Source: Schmidtea polychroa
Taxonomy: Eukaryota
Direction of reading: 5' to 3'
Length of the DNA stretch: 64,000 nt
NCBI GenBank assembly: GCA_044892525.1
Contig: CM097888.1
Span: 37,262,001 to 37,326,000 of the forward strand
Shown: positions 25,085 through 36,900 of the stretch, one piece after another
How the letters are laid out: the number at the start of each line of letters is the position of its first letter
Numbering within the stretch: the first letter of the stretch is position 1
Program-made: the position numbers and the translations under genes
Notes under the pieces: model-generated
The model's input: the letters and a program-made list of their open reading frames with translations, nothing else
What the model was told of the DNA's origin: nothing
Database searches by the model: none

Positions 25085-25095
25085 TGGCGACCACG
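25085..25095 (+). promoter_or_regulatory. Primer-binding site, probably tRNA-Arg
   Basis: TGGCGACCACG is complementary to a tRNA 3' end CGUGGUC-G-CCA, consistent with Arg(UCG) acceptor stems beginning GACCACG; shares its T with the LTR end. Confidence 0.65.
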
Positions 25096-25101
25096 ATTGA
25101 C

Positions 25102-27420
25102 ATGCTTTGGGACTCTGGAGCGTCAGTATCAGTTATGAGTGAAAAAAGTTGGACAAAGATCGGGAAACCGAGGTTAAAGCAGAGCACAATTTCTTTTTGT
25201 GGAGTATTTTCGACGGGAATGGAAAGACCGTTAGGAGAAATGACGATAGAAGCTGATTGGAATGGGAAAAAAAGAATTATTAATGTTATAGTTGTCAAAG
25301 ATATGCGTCCAGATTTCATTGGGGGTGTAGATACAATGGAGAGATTTGGTATTCGACTGGTAGAGGTGGACAATATTGAAGCGTCACAAGTAGGGAGGAC
25401 ATATGTGGACTCACAACGAGAAGAGAAAGCATTATTAATGCTTGGAGACAGGAAGAATGAACAGTTAGACATATTTCTACGGAAGTTCAAAGGTATTTTT
25501 ATGGCTTCAACCTTTGATCTCGGGTTTACGAAAGTTGTTCAACTTGAAATGAATATAGTAGGTGGGCCTGTAATGTTACAGCCAAGAAGACAACCAATGC
25601 ATTTAGAACAAAAGCTTGACGAACTTGTCACAAACTTATTAGAAGCGAGAGTTATTAGAAAATGCAAAAGTGCATGGAACGCACCACTAGTGATTGTGGC
25701 TAAGAAAGATGGATCAATAAGGATGTGTGTCGACTATATAGGGTTGAATGCGATCACGGAAAAGATATCTTTTCCAATGCCAGATACACGATTTCTACTG
25801 GATTGTCTGGCAGATTCAAAATATTTCACATCCATCGATCTAGGTCAAGCATATTATCAAGTTGGAATGGCGAAGGAAATTCAAGAGGTCACGGCTTTCA
25901 GTACAAGGGAAGGACAGTTTTGTTTTAACCGACTTCCTTTTGGACTAGCAACCGCCCCTGCGACGTTTCAAAGAATGAAGCACTCAATGTTGGATGGAAT
26001 ATTATTTAAGGGTGTTGTTGTCTACCTCGATGACATTCTTGTCTATGGAAAAGACAAAGAGGAACACAATAACAGATTAGAGGAAGTATTCAGAAGAATT
26101 CAACTAGCGGGGTTGAGAATTAACCCAGAAAAATGTAATCTGTATAAAGAAGAATTGACATTCCTAGGGCACACTGTAAGTGCAAGTGGGATAAAAACGA
26201 ACGACAAGAAGATTAAAGAGATTCAAGATGCAGAAATACCAGTATGCGCCAAACAATTAAGATCCTTTTTAGGTATGACCAATTACTATAGGAAGTTTAT
26301 AAAAAAAGAGAAAAAAGATGACTTGAATAAAAAAAAATTTCCTTTCAATTTGTATAACAACATAAAATTAGAAGATGGGTTTTTATTATTAGAGAAGAAT
26401 GGTAAAGATGTCATCCTGCTGCCGATAGACTAGTCAAATACGTTAGTTAAAGGAATACATACTGAAATGTGTCACATTGGAGTAAAGAAATTAATTAGCT
26501 ATATGAGCAACATATTTTTTTGGCCAAACATGCAAGAAACTATACAAAACTGTTTGATAGTATGTGAGATATGCTACAGAAGGAAGATAGTGCAGGAGAA
26601 GACAAAGGAACGATTGTTGCCGATAATAAGTTCAGAATTTTTAGAACAGTTGGTCATTGATATAGCACACATGAAGAATGGTGGAGTGTACAAGTATATG
26701 CTAGTTATCATTGATCGTTTTAGCAAAATGGTCAGTCTGACCGCACTGGAGAGACAAGACGAGAGATCGATTTTCAAAGCCATATTGGAGAAGTGGATAT
26801 ACCGTTTCGGAAAACCGCGAAATTGTCTGTCAGACAGAGGGAAGAACTTCGATAGTGGTTTTATGAAAACAAATCTAGGAAGACTGGGTATTAGGCAACA
26901 GTTCAGTTCACCATATCAGCATCAATCTAACGGTTTAGTTGAGAGAACAATACGGACAGTCAGAGACTTGCTGGCAACATCATTAGCAGGTGGACTAGGA
27001 GAGCGAAATTGGGTGGAGTTACTTCCTCGAGTAGAATTTTGTATCAACGTGACACAACAGAGCGCGACGGGATTTTCTCCATTTGAAATTGTTTTTGGGA
27101 GGAAGATTAACCTTCATTCAACATTGCCTCAGACGACATTGGATACAGTTGAGATACATAGATTGGTAAGAGAGAACAGTGAGAAAGCAGCTAAACGAAT
27201 GAAAGAGATGGAAACAGAGAAGAGAACGAATCGATGTTTCACGATGGGGGAGAAAGTATTAGTTCGGAAAGAACCACAAAATCGCGACAAAGATGGACTA
27301 CAGTATGAAGGTCCGTTTGTCATATCAAAGTTTTTGTCAGAACACCAGGTGGAATTGAGTGACGGGACGACAAAGAAACTCAGACGAATTGAGTGGCTTA
27401 AGAGATGGGCAGTTCCTTAA
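25102..27420 (+). pseudogene. pol: pol: protease (N-truncated), RT, [RNase H missing], integrase; one in-frame stop at 26431
   Basis: LWDSGA; KKDGSIRMCVDY; LPFGL; YLDD; FLGH; LRSFLGMTNYYRKFI; integrase H-H...C-C (IHTEMCHIG, CEIC) and DIAH / SDRG / VERTI. ORFs 25102 and 26467 are in the same frame. Confidence 0.95.
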
Positions 27421-27703
27421 AGAAGGGGAGAGTTATGTAAAGTTTTTTGTTTTAATAATATTCGTTTTAGCGTGTTTTTGAAAAACATATTTTAATTGCA
27501 TTTATTGATTTTATGAATTTAGAAGTTGAAGACATCATAACTTTATTAAATTCATTATTTTCATTTTATTGCATATGTTCAATATGTTGGAGAAACTTTT
27601 AAAATTAAAAAATAATCGTTTTGCTAATCCATTCATAGAAATACAACCTTCAATAATATGTTTAAGATAATTTACACCCTTTTGACGAGAATGACATACA
27701 ATT

Positions 27704-27850
27704 CAGTGGTGAGCTATAGGAGGCTCGTGGGGGCTCGCGCGAGCCCTTTGTTAAATTATTTTATGATTTGTGAGCCAATTGTTCTTCTTGGTGAATATTT
27801 TCATGTAGTAATATTATTGGATTTAACTGTTCAGTTTTGATAATTCAAGT
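27704..27850 (+). mobile_element. hAT-like left terminus (orphan)
   Basis: CAGTGGTGAGCTATAGG with GC-rich subterminal GGGCTCG repeats; no matching right end with a TSD found. Confidence 0.45.
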
Positions 27851-27989
27851 CGGTAACCTCTGACTCCACGTGTCCTTTTAATCATAAATAACAACACAAT
27901 AAACTACCCAATGCATATTTGAATCACAAATTTCTCTCGATAATAAATAATCATTAACCAAATTTTTACGAATCTGACCGATTCTCTGC

Positions 27990-28780
27990 TCGGTGTTGAT
28001 GCCTTGACAAAAGAAAATATTGACCTTTTTATTCCCTATCTTCTTTTGACCAACGTTTTCCTTTTCTATTCGATTTAATTCTTTTCCACTCTTTACGTAT
28101 CTCCTGATTCTATATTTTCTTTTTCCCTCAACTTCCTAATTCGTCTTTTTCCTTTTCCTACCCTCGTTTTCTTCTAATTCCTAGCTGAAGCAGAATGCCG
28201 GATTGCTCTGATTTTCCCATTCCTTATATACTCTTCGAAATCGTGATGACAAATGGTTATTGCCGAGCAAATCTATCTCATGACATTTAACTAAACATTT
28301 CTGCTTGGGCTGTCACCCAGAATGGTCCAACGAACAAAGATAACTAATGGCTTGCCCAGCACGCACTATCTTTTTCTTGGTCTTTTCCCATCAATCATTG
28401 TGACACGATAATGGGCCCAAATCTTTCTTCTGTTTACTTTTCTCTTTGTTTACCCAACTCGTCATTTCTTTCGGTTAGCTAATTAGCACTCTTCCTAGCA
28501 CTTCCTGAAACTGTCGTTATCACCATGTTATTCCCCGCTATCTGTTCTCCCTAGGATCAAAGTTTCAGACTTTAATTCGAATTTATGAATCTTTTATCGA
28601 ATTTTCTCAATTCACCTTTTTTGTGCTTTTTCCATGTACTGATGCACCTTCTCGAGCCTTTCTACCCATTTAATCTTCGTTTTGTCAATTCTCTCCTTGA
28701 CCAGCCTTGCACCTCTTTCGTTCTTTTAATTAAAAATATAATTATATTATTTTAATTTTAATTATTTTATAACCCCAACA
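27990..28780 (-). mobile_element. LTR-like fragment of the TGTTGGGG type
   Basis: Starts TGTTGGGGTT at 28780; strongly purine-rich on minus; TATATAAGG at 28230-28222; left end approximate. Confidence 0.55.
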
Positions 28781-31700
28781 GTATATTTAGTGAATTTTTA
28801 CAAATGGCATATTTTTCTTTCTTTTATTCTATTGTATTGTTTGTTCTATTCTTTATTAATATAATATTGTTGTTTTTTTATCAACTAAGAAAAATTGTAT
28901 TTGGATTTTAGATTTACCTTACGACTTCTGATTTTCATTAGTGTGGAAATCAATAAAAATAAATACTTATAAAGTTAATATGTTCTTGCCTTTGGGTGAA
29001 TTCACTTTGAATATCAAGTAAGTTTAGTTGAATTAATAAGATTTTTTTATTTGTAATTTACATTCTAGCTGCACAACGGACTCTATGCTCTCAAAGATGT
29101 CTGATCAAGTCAACAATTCCAATGGCTACTAGGTTTCAATTACTAAGTTAGCGTCATGGAATCGTAAATGATGCAAAATATTGGGTTGCTATGATTTTGT
29201 TTTTTAAATTAAATTTATTTAAATAAGAGCAATTCTAAAATGGTTTAAAAAGGATGTAGAAATTCTTGGAATATACATTCAAAATGTCCCGGAAAATTTA
29301 CCATTAGATATGATCCATTTTGAAATAATTCTTATCCAGATCTAATGTTCTCAATACAATGTTACGTTTCTAGAGATTATAATCCTTTTAACAGATTGCA
29401 CTAAAGTTTCATAGATAACCCGGATCTCGCGAATTTTGAACGAGGCTTTAATTTAAACAATTTAAAATATTTAAAAACAAAACCTTTTAGACAGCAATAT
29501 GATTTCGAGATTAAATTTAGAAGGATGTGAAATAGCTTTCCAAAAGTTAGTAAAGAAAAACTATTGAAGAAAATCGAATTTCTTAACAAAACTACTGATG
29601 ATTTACATAGTAGAAAGTATTAATCAAAATCCAGAAACAAGCTCCTAAAACTTTTGGAAATACTAGAAGGATTGAGTAAATTGTGACTCGCATGAAAAAT
29701 TAATAACATTACTAGTTCATATCTGAAAAATTCAAATTCTAATATCAACAATATAAAGTTTGAACATATTTCAAGACCAAATATAGTAAAGCTTTTTATT
29801 TGCAAGATGAGTTCAAACAGAAAATTAGACAAGTTATATTCAGGCAAGGAAGCTAAATATTATATGATATGGAGAATCTATGGAGAATGGACTAAAATTA
29901 AATAATTTGTCAAGTTAATATATGCTAAAATTGATTTAGTTTAAAACAGAAGTTTCATTTTCATTGAACTGGGAAAAGTGAATGAGGTAGGGGATCGAAA
30001 ACTGGCGTTGAGTTTGAAACCTCACAAGAATTTTTCCTCGATTTAATAATAACTTTCTATGTGAATTGCGAAATAGTTGTCAGCAAATAAGTAAATCTTG
30101 ACAAACTTTTTTTTAAAAATCTGAACTTCCCAATTAGGATAAATTATTTTAGATAACTCACAGTTAGCTAGAAATCACACATCGAACTACTGACAATTTT
30201 ACTGCTTATAAATTTAGAAAAATTATGAAAAATCAAACATTAAAATCAATAACGAAAAAGTGCTCAGAAATTTATTTACAATCGTTTCAATAATAATCTA
30301 ATAATCAATAATTTTTTCTGTGTCAAAAAGACTTTCGGAAACGTTTCAGTTTTAAATATTTACATATTTTGGATTTCAATGATTTTAATCTTGAACTCTT
30401 GAAGCGTCTATCTAGTTTAACTTTTCCAAACATTCTTCCGATGCAAGTTTTCGTAGAAATCGGTTTATTTATGTTACCTACCGATCAATTATTTCCAACA
30501 ATTAGAATATTTATTATATATTTTACTATGTTTGGTATATAAGTTTGTATGTGAAATTCTGATATTGTTTTTGGAATCAACGAATAAATTTGACGAATAA
30601 TCAGTATTAATCAGTATTTCTTCAATAACTTCCATTTTGCACGTAAACATCGGCACAGACAAAGAGAGTGATGTCGAATTTTGTTCTATGTTTTTCTGAT
30701 CTGTCTTTTTGAGTTTACTGCGCAAAATTCTAAAAAATAAATATTAGTTCCCATTGAATAGTATTAATAACTGAATACATTGATTTACAATTTGTAAATT
30801 CTGCTCCTGGCATGGAAAAGTAAATATTTTGCATTTATCAAAAATATTTAATTAGCTATCTCGGAAAAATAAATTGAAAAAATTACGCTATTTTTTAATT
30901 AGATTCTATTTATAACAAAAATCATTTACAACGAGCCAATAAAATATTAACCCATCCTTATTTTCTACTTACTTTTTATATACATAATTACACAATAAAT
31001 TGAGAAAACAATATCGAATTATTTAGACTCATAATTTAATAATTAAATTTCAACAAACCAAAAAACATTGAATATCCACATTATTATGAAATATATTAAT
31101 TTTTTTAAATGTTATCTATGTACATGGTAAATTAAATTGTAATGTTTGCAATGAATTTAAAATAAATGCAATAAAATTAATTTAAATTGAGTTTTTAATA
31201 AAAATTAAAAATAAATAATGAAAATACTAACTGGTTATCTAATGAAATTGATACGAACAAAATTATGAAATAATAAATGTCAAGTGAATATTTTGTTCGA
31301 AGGATTGGCTTACATTGTTAAATATTTTTACAATTTCATCACGTTATAGATGAACAATGTAAAATTTCTATACATACTTTCATAATTTAGTTTATTATCA
31401 TGATTTTTAAATCTAATAAATATTTACTTAAAGTTATGAGGTTAAAATTAATGGTTTTTAAGTTTTGTGGCACTAGTCACAAGATTTAAACAGATTGCTT
31501 TTCAATATTAGCAATATAATATAATTATGAATTTTTATGATTTAATAATAATTTTATTTATTTGAAAAAAACTAGAAATAATAGTAAAGAATTTGTTCGG
31601 TTTGTCATCATTATATATTAATAAAATTATATATAGATATATATATAAAATTCGGGAAATAAATACCGCAACTCTTTTTACTCTTTTTTTTTTAAGTTAC

Positions 31701-33072
31701 ATGGTTCAAAAATCTGTATTCCTTTTGTTTGGAGGTTTTATTTAATCTAACAGCATCTGAAAACCATTGTCTTCTAATTATATACATATGCAGATTCTGT
31801 AAGAGGGAACAACCGGGGTTGTTCGATAAAGGACTCTGAATTCATGACCCTCCATAATTTAGCTATACAAAATGATAAAAATTTTATTTCGCACTTTATA
31901 TAATGATTTTCTCCTATAATAAAGTCTAATTGCCTCCGAATTAATTTTTTTTTCACAAATTCACTTTTGTTTTCTAATATTTTGAATTAGATATTTTTTA
32001 TTTTGGATTAATACATTTTTAGTCAACAAGACTTACATTTTTAAAAATAGTTTCATTACATAGGGACCTTATATATTAACTGAGCTGGGCCTTCATGTAG
32101 ATCTTACAGGCCTTGTACACATGTATCACAAAAATCTATATTTTATTACCTCATTTTTAAAACCAGACAGCACTGTTATTTTAATATATAATAAAAAATA
32201 TCTCATTCAAACTTGGCGTTGTTTTTATTTACAATAAAAATACTACATCTGGTTCCCCTAATGATAGCGATAATTGTTGTATAAATGAAGAGACTGAAAT
32301 AAATCAACTAGCAGTTTATTTAATTGACGAAGGTCTAAAATTTGGTGAAAAGTGATGTAAAATTGGAATGCTCCCAAAAATCGATTGAAATTTGAAGAAA
32401 TGTTTAGATGTATATCACGGGTTGTATAAAGTTTTCCAGTTATTCAAAAGATTATTACGTGACGAAATTCTCTATTTCATAAACAATTGTCATTTTTATG
32501 TATTACCAACGAATAATTATTTATGTCAGGTTATAGATTTGACTTCGAAATGATTTACCAGCCTTATCTTCAGTATTTCAACTAGCTTACACCTCAAATC
32601 TTTATCAACGCAGTTTTTTCTGATTGGCTTGTTCCGGTTTTCCTACTTATCGTATTAAAGGTCTCGCACAAATTCCTCCAGAATCTTTCTACTGAAAGAA
32701 ATTGATAAGGGTGAGCTAATTGTCAAAATGATGTTTAACAAATATAAATGAATTTATTAATAGATGAAGTTTCACACCATTTTCATAATGGTTTTAGTAG
32801 TAGATAGAATAAAATTAGCATGAAACATAAATACAATATGAAATTCGAAATTAATTTCCAAAAAAATTTCCAATTACCGTATCCGGGGTACTCTATTCGG
32901 GGAGTTACTATATTCAGAACTTTACGGTACAAAGTCAAAGGCGTTTACGCGATCATTATGTATTTTATAAATTGAGTGGGGTGTCAACAAAGTTTCCATT
33001 TCTGGTCTCCAAAGCTGCAAACCTGTCAATCATAAATATTTATGGAATCATAATGATTCTGTTGTACATAGA

Positions 33073-33680
33073 TAAGGTGACCAGATTTTTAGATGGGCAA
33101 AGCGGGACAACTTTGAAGAAGAGGGTATCAACAAAAATTTTCATATAGAATAAAAATAATATGGTAATATTTTTTGATTTTTAACATAAATACAATTTAT
33201 AAATATAAAAAATTGTATAATATTTTATTCCTTGACATATGTTTATTTGAGCGAATTGGTTTCAGTAGATTGTTGTCATTTTTTAAAATATTGTAAAAAT
33301 CTTCACAAGAATTTATCAAATTATATTTGACACTTAAAATGACTTTCAAAGTTTATAAATAAAATGAATAAATTACTTACCTTAATTTTCTATGGTAAGT
33401 AGCAGATTTGTAATATTTATTTGTTTAATTAGCTATTTAGCACGCAGTACGAACACGAAGTGTATCATCTGAGAAACAAATACAATATAAATGGGTAAGA
33501 AAAACAATATGTTAGTCTTAGTTGTCCGATGGATTCTTAAAATGCAAAAGAATGATTTTCATAAATATAAAATTTAACTTAATTCTAAAAGTCGGGACTA
33601 TTGGAAAACGTTGCGGGACGCGCGATAAATCGTGAAAAATCGGGGCTATTCCGCCAAAATCGGGACATCTCGTCACCTTA
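33073..33680. mobile_element. hAT-type MITE (608 bp)
   Basis: TIRs TAAGGTGACCAGAT / ATCTCGTCACCTTA, subterminal CGGGAC repeats, exact 8-bp TSD TACATAGA. Confidence 0.92.
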
Positions 33681-33900
33681 TACATAGACAATAATAAAAA
33701 TTAATTTAAAATTAAAAGTCTTAGTGACATGATCTCAGTTAAAAAAGGTAAAATGATTAATTCTAGTGTAAGCCTAAGATAATAAGATTTCACTAAAAGA
33801 TTAAATAAAATTTTAAAATGAAAATGTTATTAAAGGCGATTGTTTTAAATTACTCAAAGTATAACACTAAAATTTGATATGGATTATTTAAATTTCAAGG

Positions 33901-36900
33901 TCGATAAAGATGTCAACTAAATCTCTCTCGAATTCGAAGAATAGTTCTACAAAAGCCATTAATGAGGATAAAAGTTATGAAAATAGAAGTCCATCTGAAT
34001 TAGAAAGTGGAGATCAGTTAAATTTGTTAACAGTGCCCCAACTTGTTCGTCGAGATGCGTCAGCTTCTTTTGGAGATTTAAGTTCTTTAGACGAATATAA
34101 TATCAATGAAATCAAGTCAAAAATAATGCAAAACAATGAGTTCGCATCAGAAATCACCATTAAAAACCATACTAGGAGTGCTGACCTCAGTGGGAAAAAT
34201 GTTTCCAACACAAACAATTTTGATTTGCTGCCCAGATCAGAATCTTCGTGTAACTAAATCAGAAGAAATTGCTTTTCTATTTTCATGAATATTTTTTTGC
34301 CTTTCTTGATTTTGTACATTAAAATTGTATTAAGTTTATGGTATTTTTAAGTACAATAAAATTTACCAGCTATTAAAACAAAATTTTCAGAAATGAAGCA
34401 GTGATTTGCTTTACCCTTACAAGTTGGAATTTTTCTCCTAGCAAAGGTGCCGTAGAAATACAAACAATAAATCAATATCATATCAAAAATAAGAAAATAT
34501 GTTACGAAGCCTTTTACTAACGGGTGAGTTTAGGTTTTCTATTAGTCTCAAATAGTAGATTATAAACTTCATTTTTAATTACTAAATCTTTAGAAGTTAT
34601 TGTTTGAGTAAGAAGTGTCATGAGTAACGGATGTATTAGGTCATTTTGAAAGTAATGTAGTTTTGTAAAGGGTCTATTTTAATTCTTCAGAAATATGGTT
34701 AATGATAAAGTATACGAATTACTTTAAGATTTAAAACCTAACATTTTCTTTGGAAATGAAGTCACACAAAGGACATATTGTAAAGAAAATTAAAATAAAG
34801 AAACATCGAGATAAGCCTCACAGACTTATAAAATCTTTTGAATAAAAATTTAAATAATGAACATTTGGAAACAAAAAAGACAGATAAACGGTGCACCGCG
34901 AACCCATTTGAATACGTGTCCATTAAAGTGCACGAGATGTCACTTACTTTAGACGAGTGTTCTCCGACGGAATACAATACCAATGTTAAGCATTCAACAG
35001 TATTGCGCGGTTGATAAAAGCTGTGTCCTTAGTTGCGCTGGAAACAGCACGAGAGGGTAACTCCCTCCATTGAATTTATCATGAACAAATATTTGTCGAC
35101 GTCAAGTGCCTAAAAAACAAAAAACACCATTTTCCTGTATTTTATTTACTCTAAATGTAATACTATGACATCTGTCTGTACTTTGTAATCTGTACTCTCA
35201 GTACACACTCATTCGTACACACTTGAAATGATTGACCATAATATTAATAAATATTTTTCAACTCTAACCTAGTCCCCACTCCTTCACAAATTCCTAGCTA
35301 CGCCACTGAGCAAATGATGTTTTATTTGACATAGTGGCCTGTGGCCCATGGCTATGTTCTATATTACGCAAATGATACGCATGGTTTCAGTTTCAGTAAT
35401 TATGGTTAGTAAATACAACAGTTTTTAATTCCATCATTAAAAAAACTCAAAACTTTATTTAGCTTATTTTTGAATATTGATACCGATGTTGATCTAACTA
35501 CTTGTTGATATTCGTTCAATTTATTCTGATGGAGTTCAGATGCTTGAACTTTAAACTGATCGTAGTGTTGCGGTAAAGTTTAGAGTGGAAAAAACTGGAT
35601 CAAATAGAGAAGCGAACCTCGAAAAATAAATGAAATAAAATAAAAAAATAAAATTACCTCAAATCCCAGTAGTAAATAAGGAGAAACAATAAAATACCCG
35701 TAAAAAAAATAAGAATAGGTAACAAATAAATAAAACCCTAAGATTACGAGATAAATCAAGGAGAAACAATTTAAAAACACACCATGAATAAAATAGAAAT
35801 AGTATAAGCAAAAAAGGTGAGAAAATAAACGAGAAATTAAAGCAATAAATAAAAATAAAACTACTTTTAGGACTAATTAAAACAAAAAATTATATTGTTA
35901 TAAAATAGCTATAAACCAGCAGGAAAAATAGGAGAAAAATAGTAAAAATAAGAAAATAAATAAAATAATAATAAGAAATAAGTTAGTTATTAAAAAATCT
36001 AATATAGTATAATAAAAACATAGAAATACCAATAAATAACGAAATTACAAGCTAGTCGCGTCCTGATTGGACGGAAAATAGTATATAAGCAATGGAAAAT
36101 ATCTGTAGAGTACCATTTAACCGCTATACTCTACAGCAACCAATTTTCGGATATTACCTTAGAAGACACTCTACCAACGTTACGAACTTGCGAAAAACTT
36201 TATTACAGCGAACTAGTTCTAGAATTCAAATTCAAACTCTAGGAAGAAATCCATAGTAAATTTAGCGACAAACTTATTCAGGAGAAATTTTAGTTTTCAA
36301 CCAATTTGATCCAGTTTTGAAACCCAAGGTATGTTGAGTCGTTTATGATTCAATTTAGTAAATTTTTGAATGGTTTAATTTTGTATGATTCGATTTTTGT
36401 AAATATAATGATAACTTTCAGAAAATAAATTTATTTAAAAGAAAATAGCTTTCTTCATGGTGCCGGCGACTGTACCATTTGGTAACTTCAAGTATGATGC
36501 GAATGAGAGGAAATAGCCACGAGGGATTTTCATGATATGCATCCAGAAGATGTTGAAAGGACATTGGGTTCTCAGAGAATACGATACTGGGAGAAGAGAG
36601 GCCCGCCAATGCCTGATTACGCGAGTGATTTAATGGAGAGAGACATCATACTTGGAGCCCAAATGATAGGGTCGCCGGGTAAATTATATTTATTCATTAT
36701 TTCGTAAACATATTTTGATCATTATGAATTATATGCAAATTATCATTTTATTGAATGCGAAGGAGTTGATTGGTCCCTCATGACGGTGCAAGAATGGCGG
36801 CAGCAATGAATGCCTTCTTGGGTGTGTCATGAGGGGTGATGAGACTCTGTAGATTGAGAAGTCGAATTTCCTTCACCGAACGCGATTGTTCGTAGAATAC

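Larger units (their letters stand above)
24974..27542 (+). mobile_element. Ty3/gypsy LTR retrotransposon, gag-less and RNase H-deleted (2569 bp)
   Basis: 112-bp LTRs (24974-25085, 27431-27542; 2 mismatches) with AGTTATG...CATAACT termini; 5-bp TSD TTATT; PBS TGGCGACCACG; PPT AAAGAAGGGGAG. Confidence 0.97.

Noticed and set aside
25062-27323. Antisense and alternate-frame ORFs over pol (25062-25490, 25725-25928, 26574-26783, 27129-27323)
   Set aside because: Shadows of the pol frame.
29200-32720. Exon-like fragments (about 29225-29340, 29630-29910, 32530-32710)
   Set aside because: Each has stops in all frames or no recognisable motif, and they could not be joined; not supportable as a gene.
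27704-35308. One large hAT formed by the left end at 27704 and the right end at 35293-35308
   Set aside because: Flanks ATACAATT and AGCAAATG do not form a TSD.
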